Part shown: one piece after another, positions 23,601-36,671 of the stretch
Layout of the letters: every line of letters starts with the position of its first letter
Numbering within the stretch: the stretch's first letter is position 1
Source of the DNA: Oculina patagonica
Lineage: Eukaryota
NCBI RefSeq assembly: GCF_052425735.1
Contig: NC_135763.1
Location: 1,426,001-1,490,000, forward strand
DNA: 64,000 nt
Direction: 5' to 3'
Position numbers and translations under genes: made by a program
Notes under the pieces: model-generated
Told to the model about the DNA's origin: nothing
What the model saw: only the letters and a program-made list of their open reading frames with translations
Databases searched by the model: none

Positions 23601-26600
23601 AGTCGTGGAGAGAAATTTCCCGCTCATTTGAAATTCGAATACATTATGTATCCCAATCAAATTCTCGGCTTCTCTAGTTCACGGATTAATTTTTTGGGGT
23701 GTCGGTAAAACGCCGACTCGGGGTCGGGGTCGGGGCTGGGGTCGGGGTCGGGGTAGGGGTCGGGGTCGGGGTCAATTTTTTTTTTTTTTTTTTAATTCAT
23801 TGATCGAGAAAAAAAAAATACAAAGTTTATATTAGCGAGTACGTCATGTTGAACACTTCATCTTCATTATTTATTACCGAGCTGAAAATTTACCATCTTT
23901 ATTATTTACTACAAACTTGATGAATTCGACATTGCTGATCCTAGCAGTATGCAGGACGCGTGTCACTTATCAACCTAGTAAAATGGCCCAGCTCACAACG
24001 AGTCTCTCGTAGCTCAGATGGTTAGAGCGCCCAACCGGTATCTGGGAGGCCATGGGTTCGATTCCCGTCGGGGACTCAGAATTTTTCTTTATCCCATGCT
24101 CGAGTCATGTTGAACACTTCATCTTCATTATTAATTACCGAGCTGAAAATTTACCATCTTTATTATTTACTTTATATTAGCGTGTGGGACATTTCGAGTC
24201 AAAAAAGCATTTTCTTCACAAATTCGCCACAAATCTTGATCCTTATAAGTTCAAAAGTATAAAAGAAGAAATTTGTGGTCTAGCAGGCGACAGGTGAAAT
24301 TGTCTATCTCGGCGGATAGAATTTGCTGACGACTTCTTTCTGAGCGCTAGCAACTCGCTAACATAGCATGAACTTTTTCAGGTTTAAATTAAATTGTACA
24401 AATGTTTGTGTAGCAAGAGAAAATTAATTCAGGTTTATATCGTTAAAATAAAGCCGCCTTTCGTATCCAAAAAAGTATTTATGAGGAGGCAGAATTGTTT
24501 TGTTTAGCAAGCGAAGCTCGCATTAAGGTCGCGCGGGACCCTTGCTCATTAATAAATTCATTAGCCAAATTTCTTGAGGGTGTTCTATCTTATAAAGCTT
24601 TAATTCACTACATTTTGAACATCGATTCCTCTAAAATTTAACAAGGATATTCGGGGATGATGGAATTACCTCATGATTGTCCTTATACTGAGAGATGACC
24701 GTTGTCTGAGATGTTACAAACCCTTAAAAGTTTAACTGCAGATAATGCGATTTTGTGTCCAAGTTTTCAGCTAGTACAGTGCACCAAATTAAATGATTAT
24801 ATAGCCTAGTGATAAATCATAACCCCTTTTGTGCTATGGCTAGAACGAAATTTTCGATTTCAAAAACTGCTACAAGTTAATGGCGTTTAAGAGAGCAAAA
24901 ATGTGAAATCTTAACTTTGAAACGTGCTATCTTCAGTTTGAGAAGGAAATTTAAAAATTCGCTCTAGTCATAGCACAATAGAGTACATCAAGTTTACGTT
25001 CCTCGCGAATCAACTATTGAAATTCTATATCGGCTGAGAAAACTTGGACACAAAATTGCAGGTTTTGAGGCTTCCGAAGACCTTCCGAATCAATGTTTAC
25101 AACAACGGGTGACATATTCAAAGCTGCGAATCTAATTATGATAATTCCCTATGTTCCAGCGCACGTGGCACAAAACGGAGAACAATTGCTGAATTACTTG
25201 TACAAAAGAGTTTAAAAACAAACATTCTCATGAATATTTCGTTTGTTGTCGGCTTCAGTCGTCCGGCAGTTCGTGCATACTCTTTAAATAAATACATACT
25301 AATGATTGCAAGGGTCCTGCGCGACCTTAACATGTCTCGCAATCTTGAAGTTTCTAAATTCTGTTATTGTTTTAAATATAAGACATTTTAATTGAGGTTA
25401 TGCTGACGAGAAAGTATCACACCCGCCTTCAGTGTTAGGTGCATAGCGGTTAGTTAAAACAAACAACACGGATCGAAGTCCGCCAATTACAGCCCACCAG
25501 AATGACCTTTTGACCTTGTGGGTGAAACCAACAAGGGTATCCATCGGTGTTAATTGGCTCATTTCAAACAGCACGTCGAAAGATGCTGTCGAAAGATGAT
25601 GTTGAAAGACGGACGTAGAAAGATAGCTATGCACGTAGCATTAAAAGCGGGTGTAAAATATTCGATTACAGAGAAGTTAACAACAACATCTTATCGCTAA
25701 ACTGTATGTAAAAGTTAAATTTCACCTCTCGCCTGTTAGACCTTAACTAAATTGCTTCTCTTATAGTCTTGAACTTATAAGGATCAAGATTTGTGCCGAA
25801 TTTGTGAAGACCCAAAATGACCCACACGCTAATATAAACTTTGTATTTTTTTTTCTGTGAAATTTTCAGTNNNNNNNNNNNNNNNNNNNNNNNNNNNNNN
25901 NNNNNNNNNNNNNNNNNNNNNNNNNNNNNNNNNNNNNNNNNNNNNNNNNNNNNNNNNNNNNNNNNNNNNNNNNNNNNNNNNNNNNNNNNNNNNNNNNNNN
26001 NNNNNNNNNNNNNNNNNNNNNNNNNNNNNNNNNNNNNNNNNNNNNNNNNNNNNNNNNNNNNNNNNNNNNNNNNNNNNNNNNNNNNCGACACCCAATTTTT
26101 TGTCTGGAACGCACCCCTTCCGTTGAGAATGGAGGTTCTTCGCTTGTCGCTTCGTGCTCGGAGTAAATCTGGCACAACTTCTCGGCTTGCCTCGCGACGG
26201 TTAATATTTGGCGGGGAAAACGTTTCGCAACACGCAGTGAGTCAAAATGTAATAAACGTTTTTAATTATTATTTTGAAGATAAATTATCCCAAGGTTTTT
26301 CTTCACCGCCGGAGTGACAGAATTAAAGCGTCACAAAAAAATGAGATAAAGGCTCTCACCCACGATATAATATTGCTTCTGTAAGCTGTTCCTATTTATG
26401 TGTGTAACATAAGTCGTAAGCAGCAATTTCGAAGTGGAATGATATACAGTAGAACCCCGTTAACTCGAACTCGGATAACTCGAACAACCCCGCTAACTCG
26501 AACATACTTCCATTTCCCTTGGATTTGAACTCACTTTTCAGTCATTTTTACTCGGTTAACTCGAACTCGGATAACTCGAAAACCCCGCTAACTCGAACTA

Positions 26601-29600
26601 AATTTCGTTTCCCTTGATCAAAATTTGGGTCAAATTTACCCCGATAATTCGAATTCCGGTTCTTGCAACTCGCCACAGTTGCCCATTGATTAGAGCAACA
26701 AAACAGATCACGTATTTGACAGCCTTTTTTCACTCTTATCCTAAGAATTTATGATCGTGTTAGAGTTTCTGACGAGATAAGTTTAATTTGCACTGTGCTG
26801 TATACTGAAGTGCTGAAAAATCAGTAAACTATCAATTATTAACTTGGCAAATTAAATATTCAATCTACCCCGATAACTCGAAACCCCGCTAACTCGAACG
26901 GTTTTTCGTTTCCCTTCAGAGTTCGAGTTACCGGGGTTCTACTGTAGTAAAATACATAAAGGGCTGGGGAGGGGACACGCTACAATTTTTTTACAAGCAA
27001 TGTTGCACGTGGTGTCTGCACCTTAAATTAAACAGAACAAGGGTTTAGGTAACAGATTAAGTTATTAACGAACCTGTTTGATGTGTATGTAAATTTCGTT
27101 CAGAATTGGTCCACCAGCAACAAATCCAAGACCAGGGCCAGCTATCGCAGCCGCGAAAAATACTCCAAGGTAAATGGGCGATGCTTTAGGATGAACGTTC
27201 TCATCAATGTACGCAGGCGCAAGGGAATACAGCGGTGTAGTACCTGCACCCATGATGAGTTGCGCTAAGCAGAAAATAAACAAGTATATCCTGTTTGACT
27301 CGTATCCAGAAAAACAGGCATTACTGGTTGAGCTCCCGTTGCTGATGATACATTCTACAGCTCGTTGGGAACTGGACGTGGTGTTTGACAGAACAGGTTC
27401 GTACGGGCTGATCAAGACGTGTGGTAGGAAAAACACGAAACAGCCAATTGCTGCGAACAAAAACAGAGTAAGTGCACATCAGTGTTTATAATTCACCAGT
27501 ACTCAACACCATAAGTAGTAGCTGTATGTATTAAAGGCTGGCTCCTGTTAGAGTTGCGTTCTAACAGAAACTCGACTGAAGCCAAAACATCTGGCAAACT
27601 CTTCTTGTTAAATTTTTCAAAACAACATGGCTTCCGAGCACAAAGTCGATCACAATCTACATCATGTAGGAATAATGGAATGTCACATACAATTACTTTG
27701 AAACTGAAATTCACAAACTGACTTTTCAATCCGGCCTCAACCTCGACCCCGACCCAGACTGAATAGTCGAATATTGTAGCGTCCCTTTATGATTCCAAAC
27801 CATTACCCAACACAAGGTTCAGATAAAAAATAACTTGCCGCATTTTTTCTTGCCCTCGAACAAAAAGAATAATAATAATGGGAATTTTAGTGGCATCTTC
27901 CACATAGTGGCTCTTCCAATCCCACTGATTCCAGATCGAATTGGAATTTAGAAGTGTTGGTTTTTGTGGAGGGAGGAAAACCGGAGAACCTGGAGAAAAA
28001 CCCTCGGAGCAAGGACGAGAACCAACAACAAACTCAACCCACATATAATGCCGGGTCCGGGAATTGCAACCTCGTTCCCTGGGCTATTAGGCCATCCCCT
28101 TTTTTTTTCTCTGTTTAGCGTCGTCCGACCGACCCAGATTTTCGCGTTTTCAAAAAAAAAAATTTATGCAGAAGGTATAGAAGGAAATGACACATTATTT
28201 TAAATAATGTTTCATCCTTTTTACGCTGTTCTTGTTTGAGTTTAACCACGACGTCGATTTTTCCTTCCTCCATTGCCGCCATGTTGACTTTGTAACCATG
28301 CCTTCTTGTTTCCAGGCTCCACGGACATTATGCTGAGGTACCGGGCCTCCTAGTTCCAGACTCCTTATCCACTTTTTTTTTTTTTTTAATTTTTTTTTTT
28401 AATTCCGACCGACCGACCCAAAATCAGAAAACACATACGACGATAAACGAAAAAAAAAAAGGGGGATGGCCTTACCAAGAAAAAACCCTGGGAACGAGGT
28501 TGCGGGAATCGAACCCGGGCCACATTGGTGGGAGGCGAGCGCTCTCATCACTGCGCCTTCCATGCTCCCCTACAACACCTTTTTGCGCATTCGTACGGCT
28601 CCACTCTTCAAATGACGCATGCGCTACTGAAACTGACCTGTGACTAATGTTCCATAGCCCAACCACTTGATCTTGTTTCCAAATTCTCCATAAAAGCTAA
28701 CAAAGCTGACGAGTAAGATGGCGGATATGTCGTTGGAGGCAGCAATGAGGCCGAGGTCTTGGCTACGCAGTTGAAAACGCTTCTCTAGCGCGGGAAGGTT
28801 GATGCTTGTGATTCCGTTAACTGTCATGCCTGTATATACAAATTAAAAAAAGACAATATCAAAGAAGGACTTCAAGCTACACCCCAACCAAAAACTCACC
28901 AACTGTTTGTCTGCCCGATTGACAGACAAAAAAATATTGAGGGGCCGTAGCCAGTCAGGATGAAACATAATGAAGATTAAACATATGTTCCAATTCTTTT
29001 TTTTTTTTTTTTAAATTACGAGCTCTCCACTATTCGATATGAAATCCTCGATGGGTAAAATTGAACAATGATACGGTCAAAAGTCGCTTTCTTTCAGTCA
29101 GAGAACACCTTTTTCAGTCTTCATTGTGACTGGCCGACTGCCTGCCTGCCCCCTGCCTGAATTGACTGGACTGGCTAATTTACTATCAGACAGACAGAAA
29201 GACAGATACGCAGACAGGATGAAGGGAGGAAGGAAGGAAGGAACAAGTATTAGGAATCAAACTTATTAGATTAAAGTTTTCTAATACCTAGACTTACTAT
29301 CAAAAGTAATCTGACAGTCGTACACTATTGCACTGCCCTATAATTAATAGAAACAAACACAATCAAAAGTAAAGATGGCCAATCATGACGAAGTTTATGC
29401 GTGTTTTTCCGCGCTTTAAGCTTAAGCTTTTTTCTTCTAGTTCTAATAAGTTCATCAAAATTCCAGGAGAAAAAAATATTGACGCAAACTAACTTTGAAC
29501 CATTGTAAGAATGACAACAACGAAGAGAAAACATTTGGAATTGTTAACCGTCTGAAGCCATCTTGGCCTGAAGGAAAACCAGCCGTATCTTAAATCCTGC

Positions 29601-29617
29601 TTGGTTGCTTTATCCAT
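17641..29617 (-). CDS. OATP/SLCO transporter paralog B (SLCO4-like), 9 coding exons, 649 aa
   Basis: Exons 29617-29494, 28829-28638, 27450-27074, 23370-22968, 22280-22103, 21134-20990, 20406-20231, 19454-19240 (GC donor), 17780-17641; total 1950 nt, in frame. LEKRFQL, AYIDENV, OATP signature NPQWIGAWWLG, Kazal-like CNMNCSC..PVCG..YFSPCHAGC; ends KETTL*. Confidence 0.93.
17866..18110. repeat. (GACATA)n hexanucleotide microsatellite in the last intron of SLCO-B
   Basis: About 40 degenerate units; source of the poly-MS, poly-CL and poly-DI ORFs. Confidence 0.95.
18547..18917. mobile_element. MITE
   Basis: AATAGGGAGCTTCAGCAAACCACGACGGC ... GCCGTCGTCTTTGCTAACGCTCCCTAAT imperfect TIRs. Confidence 0.7.
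19755..19860 (+). mobile_element. tRNA-derived SINE-like fragment (related copy at about 48907-49020)
   Basis: A-box-like GGCTCAGTCAGTTAGAGC and B-box GGTTCGAATCCC; no intact cloverleaf. Confidence 0.55.
21550..21980. mobile_element. Non-autonomous TIR element with CCCGGG(G)n ends (CACTA/EnSpm-like)
   Basis: CCCCGGGAGGGGGGGG... and ...CCTCCCCCCCCCGGG ends; internal GAAAGGGGTACCTTTTT repeats; CCATTTC flanks both sides. Confidence 0.55.
23697..26093. mobile_element. Mutator-like non-autonomous element with long TIRs (spans an assembly gap)
   Basis: GGGTGTCG...CGACACCC termini; exact 9-bp TSD AATTTTTTG (23688-23696, 26094-26102); 24171-24274 inverted at about 25748-25840; (GGGGTC)n near the left end. 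Confidence 0.8.
23838..24170 (+). mobile_element. tRNA-containing retroposon with 68-bp direct terminal repeats
   Basis: Direct repeats 23843-23910 and 24104-24171; tRNA-like cloverleaf at about 24002-24076 with A and B boxes; 12-bp flanking duplication TTTATATTAGCG. Confidence 0.75.
26447..26944. mobile_element. Tc1/mariner-pogo-type MITE
   Basis: TA|CAGTAGAACCCCG ... CGGGGTTCTACTG|TA, with many internal TAACTCGAAC repeats. Confidence 0.85.
27865..28570 (-). mobile_element. tRNA-derived SINE interrupted by a nested MITE (family copies at about 35460-35665 (-) and 42718-42910 (+))
   Basis: Head GGCGCAGTGATGAGAGCGCTCGCCTCCCACCAATGTGGCCCGGGTTCGATTCC; body ATGTGGGTTGAGTTTGTTGTTGGTTCTCG...TTCTCCGGTTTTCCTCCCTC; (ATT)n tail. 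Confidence 0.8.
28067..28502. mobile_element. CAACCTCGTTCCC-type MITE with 9-bp TSD, containing a further nested TIR element
   Basis: TIR CAACCTCGTTCCC(T/A)GGG; TSD CGGGAATTG / CGGGAATCG; inner TAGGCCATCCCC...GGGGATGGCCTTA. Confidence 0.8.
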
Positions 29618-32099
29618 GTCCTGAAATGGAAAATAATCTAGAATAAGTATAACTTTTTATCATTTTTTTTCCTTCTCATAGGCTGAGAGCCCACCAGATA
29701 ATATGTGGCAAAACTATTATTAGAGAGCCAAATTATGGAATATTTGTTAGATACACAAGGTGCTTTTTTAATAAAGGCAGTGAGTCTAAGACTTACAACA
29801 TTTCTTTCTACAAAACTGAAAGCATAGTACGGTTCGGAAAAATATAAGCATACATAATAAAAAAACCAGTTGGAATTTGCCTAGATTGCCCCCTCAAAAC
29901 TTAAACGTGCCAAATTGTATTACCTAAGTGAAAACAATCGGCGACTATTGTTTGCACCATGAAACGAATTTGATCCTATTTTAGACCAAAAGGTATAATC
30001 TATAACCCGATTGCCAACTAAAATAAATCGCTAGCCAAAACAACATGATGACCTTAACATGCAAAGCGCGACGGATACTGAAACCAGCATTCTCTCAACA
30101 ACCTCTTAAGACAACGAATCACAGTAAATTAGAAATGCTAACTCAAGTCATGAATTCTTAATGCTTATCACTGTGATGCCAGCGGGAGTGTCCGTTGCAG
30201 TTGTGAAAAAAGTCTTGTTGCTATAGCAACAATTTTTTGTAACCGAAGATCGTCTTTGTTTGATCCGACCCGCTTGCGTGTCTTTTTCCTTCACGCATTC
30301 CTTCTCGGTACGGTGAAGTTTTGTAAATCATGCCATTAAGGCTTTCCTGACTATCGTGAGAGTTTTTTCCCCTGTGGTTAGACTCAATTAATTCTGAATC
30401 ATTTCACTCAAATTTTCTGGGAGTCAGTGGACTGGATTAAGTGATTGTCAGGAGCCCTTTACCATTAATGGGCTTCTGTGATTGATACGGAAATAAGAAC
30501 ATTTAGTTACAGCACGGCATTACACGAAAAATGGTGACAAGAAATGAATAAAATTAGCCGTCTTCATCAAGCCAGCGTTGACCTGATAGGTCAGTTTTGT
30601 CGCAGTACGTCCCCCTCTTTACAATGAGACAATGAAAACGAAATTTAATTATCGAGTTACATGATGGGAACCCCAAGCAACTTATTTCCACTAAGTTTTC
30701 AAAGGAGCGGTAAAATACCTAATGATCTTAGGATAGCACTTCCGCACAGAGAAAATCCTGTATAGGGTCGTTACGTCAAGGACCCTTCCACATGCCACGG
30801 TGCAGTTGTCAAACTGCAATTACTAAACAACGAAGCCGGTGTCCCTTTTAGAATCACTCTATGTATAACACAGAACGTTTCACGAAGAACAGAACTTCAA
30901 CTCAATCAACTCTCGCCACAGCATAAGCCTTGCGCGAACGTAACATTATTGTATCACTCGCCACAAAACTTTCCCCTAGCGCCGCACGCAACTGAGATTG
31001 AAATAAAATTACCCCATCCCTGTTTCGCACGCACCAGCACTCAAAATGTAATTGAATTTTGTTTTTTTCAATTTCGTTAAATACCAGAATGTAGCAATTT
31101 TTATCTGACTTACCTCCGTACTTGCCGGTGACATCGTTAATAGCACGCAACACAATAAAAAATTCCAATCTTCAGACGACGAACGTGTGACGACAATATT
31201 TGACTGGGATAAGTCCGGGCATAACATTGGTACCGCACGTAAACCATAGGCCCGGGGAGGGGGGGGGGGACTAAATAAATACGACAAGTTGGAGAGGGGG
31301 TTACGCGTATTCCAAATGTCACGGGACACATTAGAAGTGAGTGCGCTACAGAATATTTCGGTTCCAGTGGCACGGCTCAGGTTCAGTTCACTGCAACTGG
31401 AATTGAAAAAAAATCTTGAATAAAAATGATAATTTTTCGTCTAAAATTGTAGGAAAGGCATTTCCGCCAGTGCCATATACGATATGGAGTCTCCCCTCGT
31501 CTCCCGGGCCGACCCCCGGGCCTCGTCTCCATCCCCACTCTGAGGGGGCGATGTGCACAAAATTTGGCAATGTTTTGATAACCCTTGATTTGACTGATAT
31601 CGGTGTTTTTGTTGTCACTTGCTCTCTTGCCAAGTTTTAGACAGGCGAACAAAAAAACACAGGACGCCGAGGTCATTAAACTAGGATAGCTGTGCAGTGG
31701 AACTTCGATTTAACGAAAGGACGAATGTGTACGTAATGACGCGGCCATGATTTCGCTATACCCAGGCCTGGTTCTTTATATCGGGTTGTTGGATACTTTT
31801 TTTTTGACCGCCGGGGCTGAAGAATGTTGTTCAGTATGTCGGGGAGTTCGTTAAAATGCGTTGAACGTCGGCTTATTTTACTACTTAACCCGGTTTTCAA
31901 ATAATTTCATTAACTAGACGAATTACCAAAAGAATTAGTGATTATAGCCCCTTAGAATTTACTGATTTAGGGCAGACACCACGTAACGTGATCATGATTC
32001 AGCGCATAATACGCGCAACATGCTACATGGCCATGAAACATACACCAGCAGCATTATAATTACTGACCCTTCACTAGTAAACTCAGGTATAATTTTAAT

Positions 32100-32565
32100 A
32101 ATAGAGACATTTAGCATCAGGTTTTTTATGAGAAACCGCAAACCGCAAACCTGAGGATATCACGTGACCACGGTCTTGCGGTCGCGTTTGCAGTTTGCAG
32201 TTCACGTTTGAACGGCAGGAAGGGCTTCTAGCGGTAAGTGATTTACGGCAAGGTTTTTTGCCATTACAAATTGTACAGCCTCACGTTTAAAGGCAACAAA
32301 TAAGTCTCTTTACCTGTCTGCGATGTGCTAGTTAAATTGTTGAACTTGAATCAAAGAATTATTCAGTTTTATAGGCGATGAAAGTGAAGCACATCGACTT
32401 GACGAAAAACAACAAGGCGGAACGAAACTCGTACTTCGAAGTCGAACGTCTTGCTAAAATTCGAAATCCTGGCAACCTCAAACTGCAAACGTCTAATCGC
32501 AAACTGCAGTTTGCGGTTTGCGGTTTGCGGTTTCCCCAAAAAGACCTGAAGCTAAAGGTCTCTAA
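32100..32565. mobile_element. MITE
   Basis: AATAGAGACATTTAGCATCAGG ... CCTGAAGCTAAAGGTCTCTAAT TIRs with internal AAACCGC repeats. Confidence 0.7.
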
Positions 32566-33506
32566 TAATAATAAAAAACTTTACTCCAGCTGCCGGGTTG
32601 TTCAAAGCCCGATTAAGCTAATCGAGGATTAGTGCGAATTTTGTTTTCACTATTTTAACTTTTCAGTGTGGTTTTCTGTTTATATTTTCTGCCCTCAAGT
32701 TTTGAAGTCGACTTACCTCAAACTACACAAAACATAAGCAATAAAAACGCTTTTATACAAGAGAAATTGAACCATCGGTCAACGTTTAATCCTGGGTAAG
32801 TGTTAATCAGCTTTCGAGCAACCCGGCCCACAGACCCCCAGTTCGAAGGCCATGTGTCCGGGATTGTAGTTCATACGACCAGTTATACATTGATTCTGAC
32901 TATACATTAGATTCCGTCAACTACTAAATCGTTGTGACCTTCGATTTTCCTACTCGATATTGATATGAACAACTTAGCTTGTGACACCACGCACGTGTTT
33001 ATAGAGAAGAAAGGGAAAGAAGCAAAAATCGATGCATTTTTCAGAGTGAAGTTTCACAACTATAATTGTGGCGCCCATTGCTCAAGCCGAAGCGGAAGAG
33101 AGGCGAGGGCTGGTTTTGGTTGTAAGTTATTTTGTTTCCAACTCTGATCCCAGAAGCTTTCTTTCTTCGTTCTTCAATTGAAACGCTAAAAAGCCTTCGC
33201 GGCTGTTAAAGCAAGCGAGCAAAGAAGCTTTTTGGTTTATCGAAGATTTTTCGCCTTCTCGCTAAATTTGATTTAAGAACGTCTGAAAAGAGAAACCCTA
33301 TTATAACAGGCTCTTTCGATGAACGCTAGAACTGTTACGTTATGTAAACTTATGTATACTGTACAATAGTATAGATTACATTGACGCAAATCATACGTTT
33401 TATTTTTTCAGACGGAAAATTAGCTCTTTCGATGAACGCTAGAACTGTTACGTTATGTAAACTTATGTATACTGTACAATAGTATAGATTACATTGACGC
33501 AAATCA

Positions 33507-36500
33507 TTATTCATATTGCTGTTCCTCTGAATTATGCACAAAGGCTGAACCAAACAACATCCGGGCATCACGCATCATTAGTTTGTCACTTGGATAGGGC
33601 ACGTGATCAAAGTAGTGAAGGAAGGCACCAGTTGTAGCAGGAATGGAAGCAGAGCTCGCACCAGTCACGGACCGTTCTTTACGCCATTTAACACGTCTGT
33701 TCTTGAACCAGTTCTGAAAAATGAAAAACAGAAGTCAGTTGTTTCTGCTTTTGAAGTTGGCTGATTTAGGATCTTCATTGGTCAGTCTCACCGTATTTAG
33801 TTTCTGTCCGCTAACAAAATGAAACCTGTGACTAATTTCTAGTAGAAAGCTAAGACATAAATGTTTTTAGCGTTTCTTCATCGATGTTAAAAAACTCAAG
33901 TAATGTTAAACTGCGTGGGAGGCGCTGTGGATTGACAATGGTTAGAACACCGCAATCCGGATCTCGAGAGCGGTTCGGATTCCTGAGCAGGACACTTTGT
34001 TCTCACAGTGCCTCTCCGGACTCCAGCCATCAGTATAAATAGTAACGCCGAGTCGTTAGAGCAACCTGACAGAATGCCGGGCGTAACTTGCAGTGAAATA
34101 CAGCAAGCATCCCATCCAGGAGGAGTAGCAATACTCCTAGCCGCTTCATGCTACAGAAACCAGAGTAAGGACGGAATTAACCTGCGATCAGGCGTTATTT
34201 TTCTCGCGGGAGGGGTCAACGGAAAAATGAACGCCTGATACAATTACTTGTCGAGTCGTCTGTAAAAAGTCCAGAATCTGGACTTTTTTTCTGATTGGCC
34301 GGAAAACAAAAGGCAGCATTAAAACTCTATCCTGATTGGCTAATGGAGTTCAAGTCTGATTTCCGGTCCAAAAATATCGCACGTAGACAAAAACAATGGT
34401 AGATGATTGTTATCATGGCGGGTGTTGAGCGGAATGAAGTAGAAAGCGAGTTCTTCTAGGTTTTAGAAAATCTCTCGAGTTTTGTTCACAAAACATTTAA
34501 AGACGAACTAAGGGAGTGTATTCGGCGAATAGTTTGTGAAAGAAAAGATGTTTTGGCTGTGCTTCCGATGGGATTCGGTAAGAGCGTGATCTATCACCAG
34601 TGGTGTCGAAGGGTATTACATCACACCACCAAAGACGCCAGACGATCGTGCCAGTGACGAAAACTACGACCTTGGAATTATGAGCCTTACACAAAATCAG
34701 CCTTTGCAGAAAACAAATTTTAAAAACCACCCGATCAGCTCCTTCAAAAAGAGTAATTCTAACACATGTTCGTGAGAGTAAAAAAATAATTTGAAGGCGC
34801 TAATCACGCTTTAATATCTGATGGCATCGCCGACATTCTCGACGACGTTGACAGATATTTTAATTAGGGGCGGCAGACGACTTGTCAAGTAATTGTATCA
34901 GGCTTTCCTTTTTTTTCTCCTTCCCTCCGCCGCGAAAAAAAGAAAGCCTGATCGCAGGTTAGGACGGAATGGGGAGCTGTTAGCCACTTGGTAATAAGAG
35001 GCGTTTCTTTATTGTCGCACGAAAAAAATTATAAAGGTGGGTTTTTCTAGAGCCTTTTCTAGAGCCCGCTGAGCACAGCTCCGCTTTATAATTTGTAGCT
35101 ATCTAACTTATCTAAAAACGTATAGTTTTGTAAACTGGCAAATCTCATAAATTTATCTAAAAATAAATACAAGAGTAAACTTGACACTTTACCTGAATGA
35201 TTCCATCAGAAATTCCCAGTTCTTCTGATAATGACTGGCGTTTCTGAGGTGAAATGTACTTTGATTGGCTAAATGTCTTTTCTAATTCGCGCCGCTGATA
35301 AACAGTGAAATGGGTTCTCATGTATCTGATTGGTTTGTCTGACCGAGATTTCAGAATTCCATGAGGTGGCAAAACTGCAAATAAAATGTTGTATAATATA
35401 TAAATCGTTATATAATGGAAAATGAAAAAACTAATGGGAATTTACAACGGCATCGGTGGCTCTTCCGATCCCACTGATCCCATATTGAATTGAAATTTAG
35501 TAGTGGTGGCTTTTGCGGAGGGAATAAAACCGGAGAACCCGGAGAAAAACCCTCGGAGCAAGGACGAGAACCAACAACAGACTCCTGGTCCGGGAATTAG
35601 GGAATCGCACGCGGTCCACTTTGGCGGGAGGCGAGCGCTCTCACCACTACGCCATCCCTGCTCCCCGAATATAAGGCAATTATTTACATCATTCAATAAA
35701 GATGAACTTCACAATTCATGCACCAGTCATATTAGTTTGAAATCAGCAATTATCCATGAATGCGAAAGACAACAATTGGCATCAAATTCGATGTATACTT
35801 GTTGAACATTTCCGTAACATTGTTACCCGAGGAAAACAATCAAAACAAACAATCTCAGTGAACTTGAAAAAAACAGCCTGACTATTTGAAGTTGTGATCA
35901 AAACTTCCTGATAGCATCGCATAAATATCGCTAGTTTATAACTTCAGTACACTGGCATAGTAACAATGAACAAAACTGGACCACTAGAAAGGTGACGTTA
36001 TTTCAACACAAAATAGTGTGAAAAGGAATAACAGAATTACATACGACGACAATAATCCTGTGTTTGAATGATTTATCCAGATCAGCCACCACTTTCTTTT
36101 AGAGACTCTTGTCTGCTCGACCTTATTGAATAAAAAGCTAAATATTGTGTATTACATTCTTGCTGGCCGCTAAATAGGGTCAGAAAAAATAAAAGAACGC
36201 TCATGGGACAGGCGGGCAAAAAGTGGCCGCGGTCGCTTTCAAAATAGGGGTGGCCGATTAAAATGGGTTTTATTTACAGTATTATACTGACAACAGGTTT
36301 CGGGACTTAAATAACTGGCAGCTTAATAGAGGGCGGCCGCTTAATAGGGGTTTGATTGTATTTTTAAAATAATACGTTTTACCAATTTAAACGCTACACA
36401 GATCATGTTTTCACGATAAAATGCCTGAATGATATCTTAAACTGCAAACCTCTTTTTGGACTCGCAGGACCTTCGGGTTGGCCAGAACTTGTCACAGGCT

Positions 36501-36612
36501 TGGCATATACGTACGTGACGCTAGTTGATGGCTGTATTTCCTTGAAAAAACCAGTAGGATGAGTCTGGATCTGGTTATAATCAGTGCTGGTAAGGGAGGT
36601 AGCAAACTCCAT
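33507..36612 (-). CDS. Divergent K50 homeobox gene HB1, 3 exons, 183 aa
   Basis: Exons 36612-36450, 35374-35193, 33713-33507 (552 nt, GT-AG, in frame). Homeodomain IRYMRTHFTVYQRRELEKTFSQSKYISPQKRQSLSEELGISDGIIQ|NWFKNRRVKWRKER. Confidence 0.9.
34178..34961 (+). mobile_element. Deleted AcademH-like transposon with RecQ-like helicase remnant, inside the HB1 homeobox intron
   Basis: TIR TAACCTGCGATCAGGC; exact 9-bp TSD GGACGGAAT. 34415-34600 reads MAGVE...*...KDELRECIRRIVCERKDVLAVLPMGFGKSVIY (RecQ motif I-like). Confidence 0.75.
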
Positions 36613-36662
36613 TGCTCTTTGGCTTTGAAAATAAAGTCTGCGTTGAGCCCATTTTGGCGAAG

Positions 36663-36671
36663 TTTTTATAT
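36663..36671 (-). promoter_or_regulatory. Putative TATA box of HB1
   Basis: ATATAAAAA about 55 bp upstream of the ATG; equivalent boxes upstream of HB2 and HB3. Confidence 0.6.

Noticed and set aside
24002-24076. Possible tRNA-Thr(GGT) gene
   Set aside because: Mismatched stems, an anticodon unusual for eukaryotes, and embedded in a TSD-flanked repeat.
25747-26317. ORFs containing X runs (also 43892-44092)
   Set aside because: Artefacts of N gaps.
30900-31920. GC-richer block with several overlapping short ORFs
   Set aside because: No recognisable domain and no termini I could define; probably an unclassified repeat.
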